A stretch of 61,957 nucleotides of DNA, counting the filler, from Globobulimina sp. (taxonomy: Eukaryota), in NCBI GenBank assembly GCA_003354225.1. It is 25 parts of 25 records of this genome, joined end to end, with 100 filler letters (N's around TTAATTAATTAA, not from the genome) between each part and the next. Parts side by side here need not be neighbours in the genome. Positions count along the whole stretch, not along the records: positions 12,418 to 14,800 come from PIVH01007001.1; positions 14,901 to 17,283 come from PIVH01007002.1; positions 17,384 to 19,766 come from PIVH01007003.1; positions 19,867 to 22,249 come from PIVH01007004.1; positions 22,350 to 24,732 come from PIVH01007005.1; 20 more parts are not named here. One strand, given 5' to 3'. Shown piece after piece: positions 12,953 to 24,650 of the stretch; within the stretch, counting starts at the first letter, position 1, and each line of letters starts with the position of its first letter. Under the pieces are notes generated by a model. The model was given only the letters and a program-made list of their open reading frames with translations, searched no databases and was not told where the DNA came from. A program made the translations under genes and the position numbers.

Positions 12953-14440
12953 ATGGCAACAGAATTAGCTGTCCAGCAAACATTAAACTATAAAAATAAA
13001 CTTACATATGCAGGCATGACAGAGGAAGTTAAAGATCAATCAGCGAATGATACAGTTAGTAATATTTCGACAAAAATTAATTTACCAAATGAAATGCGTG
13101 AAATCAGTGATAAAGATAAGTATGAATTTAATTATCGATTATATTTGATGTTACCAGTTACCATTTTAATATTTGTATCATATTTCGGTATAGACATTAA
13201 TAATTAAATAATAATATAGTGATAGAGCGTATTTTAATTATTATTAATGTCTATCATGCGTTGCTTATTCTACTTTGTTCCGCAATTTTTATTTTTTGTA
13301 TAATTTATAAAAAACCATTTACAAAATTTGTAAATACATTATTATTTGGATCTGTATCATCAAATATATTTGAACACAGATCGACAGTATGCCGGCTTAT
13401 GGTTTTTTGTATCCATTATATATTCATCAGCGGTAACTATCCTTGATATATATATCCATTATGTTGCTATTGCCTCGAGAACAATACCACTCGCATTAAT
13501 TGAATTTGACATTTCTTATTTTCTATAAAACTGTTAAATGCCACCAACAAATTTTGGAGAAACAAAAAACAGTGTTGGAAAAATATAAAAATACAGAAAA
13601 GATCCAACATAAAATTGATGAAAGATTGCAAGTTTGGCAGGAGAGTAAGAAATTAATTAATCGTAAAATGGAATTCATTGCCATATGTTTGGTTGTTCTC
13701 TTTTGGCACTTTATTGCAACCGCATTGATTGATTGGCAAATATATAAAAATCTTGGTCCTCTCTCATTTGCTTTAGTGACTGTTATTTTTGTAGCGGATA
13801 GTTTTTTTATTATCTTTTCCATTTATTGGGTGGATACCATATATTTCCATTATAAATTCCCAGCAATTATTATGGATGAATATTAGCAGCACCAATCAAT
13901 GCAGAAACAACCAATGATTTAATTGGATGGTGGCAATTAAGAAAATTTTATGCACAATGTATTGTCCAAATATATACATCATCATTCGGTGCGTGTATTG
14001 CTGCTCTAATAATTGGCTCTATTACTTTAGCTCTATTTGCATTGAATAATATTTTGCAACAAGAGTCTATATTTGCAACGGTGGAGATTTTATGTGCATT
14101 GTGTTATTTTATATTAGTAATGTTTTTATCTGTGTCCAATGCCACAAATTATTATTCGATTCAATTATCGCATGCAAATATGTTAAGCATAGAATCCATG
14201 GCATTGAGAAAATACAAAGCTGACAATATCGATTCAATTAATGACATTTATGACATCGAATTAAGAAAATATGAAAATGATACGCAACATTATGTTGTTA
14301 ATAAATTGATACAAGATGTTCAAAATAATAGTGATGTAATACAGGTATTTGGAATATCAATTAATTCTAAGTTTATGTTATTGTTGCGTGCAGCTTCAGG
14401 AACTCTCGCGATTGCTATAATATCAATATTGTTGTCGTAA
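12953..14440 (+). pseudogene. Multi-pass membrane protein broken by several frameshifts
   Basis: Five consecutive hydrophobic ORF pieces in different frames; no introns evident at the breaks. Confidence 0.6.
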
Positions 14441-14582
14441 AAACAAATTACATGACTGTATAATATTAATTTTAATGCTAGGCTTCATTTAGATCCTCAT
14501 GTTTTTTGTTGTTTTTTAAAATAGAAAAATTTAAAATTAATTATTTGTCGATTAAAAAAACATTATTTATCTTTGTGTTTGT

Positions 14583-14729
14583 CTTTGTGATTTGGTGAGA
14601 CAGAGACTGTGTGTCTTTCCAACAGTATTTTTATTCATATGTTTAGTATTTTTATATTGTCACTGTTAAATATTTATTGCTGAACCTTGTGTTTTTTCAC
14701 ATAGTTTACGTTAAATTCATCTAATCTAA
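14583..14729 (+). mobile_element. Dispersed repeat with ATCTA/TCTAA tail, copy 1
   Basis: Colinear with 31493-31660; both end GTTAAATTCATCTAATCTAA. Confidence 0.7.
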
Positions 14730-14900
14730 TGAAAATGCTTCGTATACAAACTATGTAGAGGCTCATCTGCATTAACTAATTCTGCTTGCTCTATAAATAC
14801 NNNNNNNNNNNNNNNNNNNNNNNNNNNNNNNNNNNNNNNNNNNNTTAATTAATTAANNNNNNNNNNNNNNNNNNNNNNNNNNNNNNNNNNNNNNNNNNNN

Positions 14901-16478
14901 TGAATGACCGCATTACTAAAATAACTCTCGAAAACTCCTCAAAATCAAAGGAACCACTATTTGTAATATCAAATACGTCAAATAAATCTTTAATGTGTGA
15001 TTCTTTTTGCGATAAAATTAAAGTTACATTGGATGTCCTCAATAATTTCCCTAAATATCTACATCCGATACGCGAGACACTACGTATTGAGTAGCTCGAT
15101 AATTTAACAATTTCTAACTTACATAATGGCGATATCAATGCATTGGCAATAGTACCGAGTGAACCGTTTCTAATTTTAAAATATATCCAATTTACTCTCT
15201 TTCCGTTTGCTTTCCCTCTCATTATAGCTGGTAAATACGGCACAAACTTGAAGCATCCTTCATATATACATACAAATATTACACATCTGACTATTTTTTA
15301 TATATAACTTACAGTACATAGTCATACCTTGAAATACCACAGTTACATACTCTACAAATGTCATTCCATTCTTTTTCGATTCAAAATATAAAATTGTAAT
15401 CCATAATATGACGATAAACAAAGACGATAGAAATGCTGCCGCAACCGACACCGGATTGACTTTCGCATTCATTTCTTCCGTAACTGAGCTTTCCAGCGAT
15501 AATAAAATATATAATTGAAGGCATGCCTGCAACACGGATTCGCTAAATATTTCTGAAACCCTCCGCAGTTTATAATATCCCAACTCTTCAAATGATTCGC
15601 TTCTTAACTTTCTGCCACATGTTACTATGAAATGTATTGGTTTTAAAAACACACATTCGAGCAAGTGATATATATCATTTACCATTAATATGCAAATGCC
15701 AATGGGCGCGAATGTGAATAGTAAAGTGAGACATTGATATTTCTTATCTTCGTAATTCCTCTCTAAAAATTTGAATAACACACTCCAGGCAATAAAATAC
15801 GGCGCAATTAATAAAATACATGATATGGCAAAGGTAAATTTATACGGCGAGTCATATAAATCGAGTATGACAATTAAATCTAAGATGATATCTAAAAAAA
15901 TAACCACTTCAATAGCAGCCTGAATGAATAGTATGATGAGGTTTGGTAACCATGGATGTTCGCGGAAGTGTAATATTATTTTTTTTACATGTCTGGAATT
16001 CAAACATCTTGACAAACAGTTTGGTTTTTCCTCCTTTTCCTCAAGTTTGATTTGCTGAGTTCTTAATGGATGATTCTATAGAAAAATATAATTAATATAT
16101 ATATATAAATATGAATGTAAATTGTAGCCAATATACCTGAATTGCAACAACACCGTAAGCTCTCGTTATGATAGAACTGTGGTTATTGTTTTGAGGGAAA
16201 TAAATCCAGCCAGGCATTGGTAACAAACATTTTCTATAATTTCCAGAGGAGTCGACATGTTTCCAATCCAACAATAATACATTATCTACGGATACAGTAA
16301 ATATTTCAGACATTGAATGATATAATTTGTTACTCCCATTGATTTGTCCTGTATGTGCATGTGATAAACTCTTGTAAATTTTAACATTATCAACGGCCAC
16401 GAATAGGCAACCATGTGCTATACACTTTGCATCTGGCAGATGGGAATAGTTAATAGTCTTCGTTCGTTTCTTTGGCAT
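14901..16478 (-). CDS. XK-related (Xkr scramblase-like) membrane protein with EF-hand, 3'-partial
   Basis: DIILDLIV, EIFSESVLQACLQLYIL; EF-hand FDITNSGSFDFEEF; introns near 16080-16136 and 15258-15327. Confidence 0.7.
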
Positions 16479-16599
16479 ATTTGCGATTGGGAAAGCATTC
16501 AAAAGAAATAGTTAAGTTAGAAATACGCACCCAACTCACACAAAACAAACAGCTTCAAAAATGTTTTTGTAATAATATTTAAGTCCATCTTCAATCCCA

Positions 16600-17283
16600 T
16601 CATTCCCATGCACCAATTTTAAATCTTCGGAGCAAAATGACAACAAACAACAATGGAACACAACACCAAAACAACACGGAGAGAAATGCAAATTTTAATA
16701 TCCATTGACATATTTTATAATTTGTAATGAGTGACGAATTAAAATTAATGGCACCCTCAAATTGATCAACAAAAAATGATAAAATGCCAAATTTAAACAA
16801 ATAAATAACAAACTCGATAATATTTGTTGGTGGAAACCTGCATTTAAAATGTATATTTGATCTGTCATCATCACTAAAATCAAGTGACAAACCAACTGAA
16901 TCAATATACAATGTATTTACTTCCGCAAATAACTGTTTTAAACGAGCAAGGATCATATTTAATTTCTGTGCGTTTCTATGATATAACATTGAATATGTTC
17001 TATATTTTCGATCATAATAAACGTTATCCGCAATACCAATAATTTCAAATCCTAAATGCCGATAAAATAATAAACACTGTTGATCGCAGGCAATATAAAT
17101 GAAGGGAGAATTATTATTAATATCATCATATGGCTCATATCCATCATATATTTGTTTGATTAAGAATTCAATCAATTTTGTTCCATTTTGTTGTCGACGA
17201 TAATTATTTAATATCATAATATAATCCAATTCAATAATATTCGATGAAGCGTTGTTATAATCATTGTTGTTGTTGTTATCATC
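16600..17283 (-). CDS. GNAT acetyltransferase with C-terminal TM segment, 5'-partial
   Basis: YRRQQNGTKLI (motif A), FYRHLGF..G..DNVYY. Confidence 0.7.
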   Translation of the reverse strand, partial: DDNNNNNDYNNASSNIIELDYIMILNNYRRQQNGTKLIEFLIKQIYDGYEPYDDINNNSPFIYIACDQQCLLFYRHLGFEIIGIADNVYYDRKYRTYSMLYHRNAQKLNMILARLKQLFAEVNTLYIDSVGLSLDFSDDDRSNIHFKCRFPPTNIIEFVIYLFKFGILSFFVDQFEGAINFNSSLITNYKICQWILKFAFLSVLFWCCVPLLFVVILLRRFKIGAWE

Positions 17284-17501
17284 NNNNNNNNNNNNNNNNN
17301 NNNNNNNNNNNNNNNNNNNNNNNNNNNTTAATTAATTAANNNNNNNNNNNNNNNNNNNNNNNNNNNNNNNNNNNNNNNNNNNNTGATTAACTGCTATAAT
17401 ACGCATCCAATCTAACCAATGCCATCTCGTCGCTGCTTTAATTGGCTTCATGCATTATCCATGCATTTTTGATTGAATACAGTAGTACTTACACTGAAAC
17501 A

Positions 17502-19191
17502 ATGGCATACTCGACGGAACTATGTATGCAATCAAAAGCTCATTTATTAGAACAAAAACTAGAGATAAAAAATAGGAAATGGGACTTCAAAACGTATCGA
17601 AATTGTTTTGTTGGATCAGAAGCTATTCATGTTATTGTTAATCTAAACCTATCATCCAATAAAACAGAAGCTGTTCAATTTATGAATAAATTAATGGAAT
17701 CTGGAATAATCGCACACGTTACAAACGAACACAAATTCCAAAATGAGTTTTTGTTTTACCGTTTCACCGAACACTATCACAATAAAAAAATAAACAGTAA
17801 AACTGATCATAAGTCGCAATATTCACAAGTTAGATACGTTGTATTTTTACCTCATGCATCAGCTGCACCTTATATAGTTGTGATATTTTTATCAGTATTT
17901 TCTGCAAATTTAGCAACACTTTTGTTACATTTATTACTTTTATTATAGACAAATGAAACAAATCAACCAATCTATACAGCGAACACCGTTTTATTTGGTC
18001 GAATCTGATTATGATAAATGCACAAATCCGCCCAATCCAATCACTCAAATCAAAGCAGTCGAATCAGTCACAAAATTAGAGGTATATCTACTGCATACAC
18101 TATACTGTCTGATACAGTCATTTTTTGTGTTAATAATTATGTAAAGTACGGAGTTAAATGGACAAAACAACCGAAAACATGCATTTTAATGAAAAAACAC
18201 AAAGACAAAAAGATATCACAAGATTTGCTAGAACTCGGAAATTGGTTAATAGAAAAAAATGTTACTGTCTATGTCCAGCCAGAAGTTCACAAAAACGAAT
18301 TTAATAACTTTGAACCCTTCGATATCCAAAAAAACGGAGAGAACATAGATTTTATGGTCGTGTTAGGCGGAGATGGCACTTTATTACACACAGCGAGCTT
18401 ATTCCAAGGAAAGATATCAATTCCGCCAGTTTTGTCATTTGCACGCGGTTCATTAGGCTTTTTAACACCGTTTGATTTCAAAGATTATAAACAGATATTA
18501 CGGCAATTCATGACTCCATTACAAGCACATTGGATAAATATAAGAATGCGATTGAAAGCAAAGGTGTTTCGCAGAATCAACGAAGAAGAAAAACATAATC
18601 ATAATCTCAATGGTATATATAAAGTGGAGGATGATAAGAATTATGAGGTAGTTTATGATAAAAACGGATTGAATGAAGTGTTGATAGAGAGGGCGGGCTG
18701 CAATGCAAAAATGATTATGTTGAAATTGTATGTAAATAAAAAGAAAGTGACCTGTGTGCAGGCAGATGGCTTAATTATTAATACGCCAACGGGTTCCACT
18801 GCTTATAAGTTAAGAGCTGATATCTGTATATAATATTATCTGTTTTTGTTGTTGATTTTAATAAAAAAGTGTTTCTGCGGGTGGTTCATTAATAGCACCG
18901 AACGTTCCATGTATTGGATTAACCCCAATTTGTCCGCATACATTGTCATTTCGACCGGTGATTGTTTCGGATTCGTCAATAATACATATTACCATACCTA
19001 AGAATGCAAGGACATGCCCAAGAATTACATTGGATGGCAAATTTCCGTTTAACTTGGAACAAACGGATATTGTACAAATTCAAGCGTCAAAATATCCATT
19101 ATCTACATTTAAGTTAAATGAGTTTCAACATGAATGGTGGGGTGGACTGACTGAGAAATTTAATTGGAATGTTAGGGAGTTGCAAAAATGA
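17502..19191 (+). CDS. NADK: NAD kinase, probably fused to an N-terminal DEP domain
   Basis: LGGDGT, GSLGFLTPF, LNEV, ADGLIINTPTGSTAYNVSAGGS (intron 18809-18869), TPICPHTLSFRP; intron 18082-18146; DEP motif KTYRNCFVGSEAI...FYRF at 17560-17770. Confidence 0.88.
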
Positions 19192-19420
19192 ATATACATT
19201 TGCATAGTACTAGAGTCAGTCGAGGGAATCTGTGCTTGTCTCTTGCTTGAAACCTGTTTAATTACCAACTCTAAGTGACGATTGCAAGAAATCCACTCGA
19301 ACTTAGGTTAAATCTGTGCAAGGATATAAAAAAAAACATCACAAAAACAAACAATGAAACAAAAAGAATCATATATATTATTTCTTTTTTGCTAAATGTC
19401 ATCAAATAACTGCCTCTTGA

Positions 19421-19766
19421 TCACCATGCCCATCGTCTGACATATTTTGGTTTTTGCAATCCCAAATATTCATACATCATTGGCTCGGATCTAAACTGCG
19501 ACCCCTTCTCTAAAACACCAATACAAAATTTATAAACACTCTCATAAACATCCCATTGTTTTAATATTATCGTCGAATACAACATTTTCAACAATCTCAC
19601 ATTATATCCAGTCCATTTCTGCGCCGATGTCCCATCCGTAATAAAACACATTTTATCCATATCCCATCCCCACGACTTTAGCACCAATCTAGCGCCCAAC
19701 CTATAATTATCCGCATAACCCTCCACCTCCAATAACTTCTCAATATCCTTCTGAAACAGTGCATAT
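19421..19766 (-). CDS. Hypothetical protein, C-terminal fragment
   Basis: ORF open to the contig edge. Confidence 0.45.
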
Positions 19767-19960
19767 NNNNNNNNNNNNNNNNNNNNNNNNNNNNNNNNNN
19801 NNNNNNNNNNTTAATTAATTAANNNNNNNNNNNNNNNNNNNNNNNNNNNNNNNNNNNNNNNNNNNNACGAACACGAGCAGGAACTAGGACTGCGACAGGA
19901 ACAACAGCAGCGCATTGCTATTGTACAACACTTACGGACCGACCATGACGAAGACATGGT

Positions 19961-19985
19961 CTCAACTCAACTCAACTCAACTCAA
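19961..19985 (+). repeat. (CTCAA)5 pentamer tract, probable tail of an inserted element
   Basis: Perfect repeat between GC-richer sequence and the kinesin breakpoint. Confidence 0.8.
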
Positions 19986-20407
19986 TGTGCTATGAATGCA
20001 GTGTTATATCCATTTAATAATTCATCGATTAATGGTTTACCGGTCCTTTCAAATATATCTTTGATGGTTGATGTCGAGTTGTATATATAATCATATTCAA
20101 ATTGTGCATTTTCTGAATCTGTATTTGTAACTGTCAATGCTTTACAATCTGATATGGATATTTTAGGATTTTTATTCTTTGATTGCTTGGATTGATCATT
20201 ATCGTTGTTTGGTGAACAAAATCGAACGAAGACTCGTGTCGCAATCCACAAAATAAAGGGATCTGTATAAATACAGCAAGTTTCAATTACTTTGGATGGG
20301 ATATGGTGTTGTCGAGAATAGGCAATGTATGTGTGGATAAATCCAGTGTTCAGAGCGTTTAGTTTGTGTGTCACCAATTTCCTGCCCTTTTCGTTCAAGG
20401 AGGACAT
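19982..20407 (-). pseudogene. Kinesin motor N-terminal fragment truncated just before the P-loop
   Basis: RVFVRF, FEYDYIY, KPLIDELLNGYNTAFIA then a stop in the (TTGAG)n repeat where GQTGSGKT is expected. Confidence 0.75.
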
Positions 20408-20491
20408 TCTTTCAATCACAAATTATTAACACCTAAAATAAAAAAGTTGAACAATAACATAAAGTATTAGCAAAAACGAATGCACTTGAAA

Positions 20492-21778
20492 CTATGGGAT
20501 GATTTGTTTCTGAAACTGTACAAGTTGTTTTTTAAAACCATCATTTGGACAAATCTCCGGTCTTATATTTTTTAAATATCTCCAAGCAATATTGAAACTC
20601 CATTTATTTTTATTCATTAAATATCCAATAATTATGGTCGCTGAACGCGAAATGCCCTCCATACAATGGACAAGAATCCTATTATCATCATACAAACAGT
20701 CATCAATCCATTTTATGGCATTTTCTAGCTTTCCATCCAAAATATTTTCTTCCATGTTATCTTTGAATGGCATATGTTTATAAAAAACATTTATTTTAGT
20801 AACTTGATGTTTGTCGCCACATACATTTAATATATGCGTAATATTTAAATTGCTCAAAATCGCAAAACTTTCCGACTGTTTCCAATCACCAATATACAAT
20901 TTATTGTCAATTACCTCCGTTGGATATCGTCTGTCGATCTTTTCTTCTCTTTCATCGCCACAATGACATAAAAATGGATATTTGTCGTAGAAATTAGTAA
21001 ACGCACTCTCCAATAAAATATATTGATGGATCCCATATATTTTATATAAAAAATTTTGTAGATTTGTTTTAAAAATTTTATTTTTGGTGTTACTTTCATC
21101 AAAAATAACGATTAATTTTGTCGCAGCTTTAAATGATTGTAAATGTTTATAAAACTCGACTTTATCGTTTGTGTCGATTATGGTTAGATCCTCAAAAGTG
21201 TTTATTTCATTATTTGCATTGTTTAAATTAATATTAATATTTACAGAAGTTAATATATGCTGTTTATTAAATAAATTATTGTCTCTTAAATCGATTATTT
21301 TGGTTTTAATTGAATTCATATTGAACTGATTTAGCATATTGTATAAATTTGTGATGTTTATAATGGTTTGGCTTATTTGTGTGACGGGTGGTTTTATTTT
21401 GATATCAACCGATTTTGAGATGGATTGAGATTCAGAATTCCTTATTTGTTTTTTTTGGTTGATTTTAGTTTTTATATATTTTTCTCTTTCGACTAAAAAT
21501 AAATCGCATAATGCTTCTTGATTTATGTTTAATTCATTTCTTAATTGGTCTTTTGTGATTGTTTCTAATGTTAAGCCAGAGATTTGGTGTTGGTGGAAAA
21601 CAGGTTTTAATTGTTGTAAGTCTGTGTTATTATTACTATCCAACCATTCTAACACTTGTCCTCTATGCCAATCGCCCATTGGTTTCTTCTCCATAATGGT
21701 AGTATTTCTAGTTTCGTTAAAACTAATGCTTGCGGCGAGTTCTCTTTGGGGTGTTGATCCATTAAAACAACAACCCAT
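20492..21778 (-). CDS. Dual-specificity phosphatase (MKP-like): SAM + rhodanese + DSP
   Basis: MGCC N-terminus; SAM W..QV.EWL..FHQHQISG..L; rhodanese IIDLR..F.KQHI.TSVNI; catalytic VHCMEGISRS, IRPEICPNDGF. Confidence 0.9.
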   Translation of the reverse strand: MGCCFNGSTPQRELAASISFNETRNTTIMEKKPMGDWHRGQVLEWLDSNNNTDLQQLKPVFHQHQISGLTLETITKDQLRNELNINQEALCDLFLVEREKYIKTKINQKKQIRNSESQSISKSVDIKIKPPVTQISQTIINITNLYNMLNQFNMNSIKTKIIDLRDNNLFNKQHILTSVNININLNNANNEINTFEDLTIIDTNDKVEFYKHLQSFKAATKLIVIFDESNTKNKIFKTNLQNFLYKIYGIHQYILLESAFTNFYDKYPFLCHCGDEREEKIDRRYPTEVIDNKLYIGDWKQSESFAILSNLNITHILNVCGDKHQVTKINVFYKHMPFKDNMEENILDGKLENAIKWIDDCLYDDNRILVHCMEGISRSATIIIGYLMNKNKWSFNIAWRYLKNIRPEICPNDGFKKQLVQFQKQIIP

Positions 21779-21873
21779 GCTTTTGAGTCGCACAGTTTAT
21801 TTTCAGTACTAACATATACTTCCTTGCTGTTTGGGTGAGGAATGCAAGGATAACACAAAAGCAGTTGCAACTA

Positions 21874-22249
21874 TCAAATTACCACAAACACTTCCAAATC
21901 ATTCAATGTAAACACATGGGCACCAATATTATCTAAATGCTGCTGTCCTCCTCCAAGTGCATTTCCAGATATTCCCTCAAATGAATATTTAGATCGTGTA
22001 TAATGCCTACCTCCAACTTCCCAAAGAACTATATTATGTCCACTTCCAAATGTAGGACCATACGTGGCATAGTCATACACATGGCGTCCATTGTTGGTAA
22101 CAGCTTTATAAATTGCTGGTTGATGACCAAATGCCGAACGGATGAGAAACAAAAACGAATTGTTATCTGTGACATAACTTGATTTCGATGTCCATTTATG
22201 GGTTGTAAATCCGCCAAATATATGATCATAATTTGAATGGATCAATGTT
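21874..22249 (-). CDS. TLDc domain protein, 5'-partial
   Basis: HIFGGFT..W, DNNSFLF, YGPTFGSGH, LEVF. Confidence 0.85.
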
Positions 22250-22574
22250 NNNNNNNNNNNNNNNNNNNNNNNNNNNNNNNNNNNNNNNNNNNNTTAATTA
22301 ATTAANNNNNNNNNNNNNNNNNNNNNNNNNNNNNNNNNNNNNNNNNNNNGTCAATTGTATATTGTCATCATTACCCACTCCAATGACTGCTGTACAAAAA
22401 GATCCACAGCATTTGTATATTTCAAGTGAACAAACAAAACGTTATGATAATTGTATAGATGGTGTAGATGAACCGCTATTTGGTTTTGATTGACACAATT
22501 GCAACACTTAACCTTTTTTTTGGTTCCTGTTGATATGAACAGTTGCAATAAATGGTCACAAAAAAATAAACAAA

Positions 22575-24650
22575 CTAAATTACAACAATGTCCCCTTTAT
22601 CAGCAAGCTCTACAAGTGACCAAACAACAGTTTCTTTTGTTTTCTTTCTAACAATGGGATAGTAAACTCTCTCAAATATCTCTTCCATATTTATTTGTGA
22701 TTCCATAAAATACCGTTTCAAACTATTCACTGCTCTCAGTCTCAATAAATTAAAAACAATCACTACCGATAAACTTCCAATCAATAAACAAAATAATGCT
22801 GGAACAAAAGCATAACTTATATTATTTAACAGAGGAAGTGTAAAACACACAAAAACTGCACATATTGCCACAGATATCAATCCAAATACTATCCATAAAC
22901 CCAATTTCCTCCTGATTTGTAGAATGCCACTTTCCATACAATTATGCAACAGCACCAAGTGTGAATAATTCAAATGATCCAAAGTATCAATCAGTAATTG
23001 TTCATCATCTGTAAACTGTTCAATCCATATCTTTTCGGCACTGATTGGATCCACTGCAGTTTCCCCAGCTTTGTGTTTTTCAACTCCTGCACTTATTTGC
23101 TTCATCATCTCATGGTTTCTAATTGGGAAATATTTCAATTTTATTACAAATGACAGCACTGATATCGTTGACGGAACTGCTGCGAACATAATACGCAAAA
23201 ACAGTTTGACATTTTCATTCTGCGCATAAAATTGTGTCTCAGTATCACTAGTACCGTCCACGTGACTTATGGTCGGATTTTTGAATCCCAACATAAATAA
23301 TACAATCAGCGGCACTGCCTGAGCTGGAATAGCGATTAATTTCGGAATAAATGTTGAAAAGGTGGTGAATGCACCTTCGCGTCTCGTGCCGTTTAAGAAT
23401 TCATCATAATCGATAACATCCGCTAAAATGGATAAAATCAAAAATTGTCCTCCAGCAGGCACTCCATTCACAGCCATAAATATTAGCAATAATAAATCTT
23501 GCTGTTTGCCTAGAAAAATAAACAAAAAATTTGTAACGCACATTAATAAATTATACAGCAACCAAGCATTACGTTTGCCCAATAAATAGCATTTATTGCC
23601 TCGATTCGACACGAATTTCCAAAGCGGAATAGAAACAAAACTGAATGCAAATAATGTGACAACACTTAAACCCAAAGTTTTGTCTGGATCCTTGGACAAT
23701 AAACTGTAGCGGATAAAAAATGGTAAAACAGCAACCATTATTGCTAAAGCACAGAAATCTAAAATCCAGGCAATTGCTAATGGTTTGAATGCTTTATTTC
23801 GAAACGAACGATAGATTGATGACACAAAAGGTGTTTTTCTTTGAGTGTTTGATTGCTTGCGTTCATTGATAAATTTAATGATGAGACATACAGAAATTAT
23901 GTACCAACCGCCAAATATCACCGCCAAGTATTGAAAAGCATCGCGTTTACTTAAGCCGATGAATGAGATGAATATAACAGGCAATATAGCACCAAAAATA
24001 GTGCCAAATCCTATATGGTATAAAAATAGAAAGTTGCCAAACATATTTGATAGTAATATGACACTGAAATATAGATTGTTACTACAAAGTGTTTGCAACT
24101 TTATGATACCTTCGAATACTTTTCCCCACATAAATAACGAAGTTCTCTCATCCGGATTGTTACTTAATTCTGGTCCCAGGGCAAACAACGGAATGTTTAC
24201 AACTGTATCGCAGAGATAAAATAATATATAGGATGCGCCAAACCAATATGTTGCTGGATAATTATATTCATGTTTTGTGGTATTGAATGTGGTTGGCGGT
24301 GACATTAAAATAAAGAATGATATGGCATAAAGTGGTGAGAGAAATAACCATGGAATACGTCTGCCATATTTGGTGCGGGTCAGGTTATCTGAAATATGTG
24401 CCATTAACGGATCAGTTAATACATCAAATGAACGTGCAAATATTTGAAAAAATGATAAAAACGCTAAATTAACACCAATTTCATTGTAAAATATGATAAC
24501 TTGAATGTTGATTAACAGTGTTAATGAAATTAAAGAAAATTGAGGGAATGAATACAATAATTTCTTTTTCCAAAATCCATGTGTTGCCGAGTACTCATCA
24601 TCTTGAAGATGATATGCCATATCCATCTCCATTTCTTGCATTTCAGCCAT
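22575..24650 (-). CDS. MFS transporter, glycoside-pentoside-hexuronide (MelB/MFSD2-like)
   Basis: FDVLTDPLMAHISD..RTKYGRRIPW, ELS.NPDERT, LADVIDYDE...G.RREG; stop-free intron near 24013-24109. Confidence 0.9.
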   Translation of the reverse strand: MAEMQEMEMDMAYHLQDDEYSATHGFWKKKLLYSFPQFSLISLTLLINIQVIIFYNEIGVNLAFLSFFQIFARSFDVLTDPLMAHISDNLTRTKYGRRIPWLFLSPLYAISFFILMSPPTTFNTTKHEYNYPATYWFGASYILFYLCDTVVNIPLFALGPELSNNPDERTSLFMWGKVFEGIIKLQTLCSNNLYFSVILLSNMFGNFLFLYHIGFGTIFGAILPVIFISFIGLSKRDAFQYLAVIFGGWYIISVCLIIKFINERKQSNTQRKTPFVSSIYRSFRNKAFKPLAIAWILDFCALAIMVAVLPFFIRYSLLSKDPDKTLGLSVVTLFAFSFVSIPLWKFVSNRGNKCYLLGKRNAWLLYNLLMCVTNFLFIFLGKQQDLLLLIFMAVNGVPAGGQFLILSILADVIDYDEFLNGTRREGAFTTFSTFIPKLIAIPAQAVPLIVLFMLGFKNPTISHVDGTSDTETQFYAQNENVKLFLRIMFAAVPSTISVLSFVIKLKYFPIRNHEMMKQISAGVEKHKAGETAVDPISAEKIWIEQFTDDEQLLIDTLDHLNYSHLVLLHNCMESGILQIRRKLGLWIVFGLISVAICAVFVCFTLPLLNNISYAFVPALFCLLIGSLSVVIVFNLLRLRAVNSLKRYFMESQINMEEIFERVYYPIVRKKTKETVVWSLVELADKGDIVVI

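Noticed and set aside
19961-19985. (TTGAG)n as a telomeric repeat
   Set aside because: Internal, only five units, with non-repeat sequence on both sides.
24013-24109. Hydrophobic insertions inside long ORFs (also 3570-3635 and about 45541-45597)
   Set aside because: Stop-free, frame-preserving GT-AG introns read through by the ORF caller.
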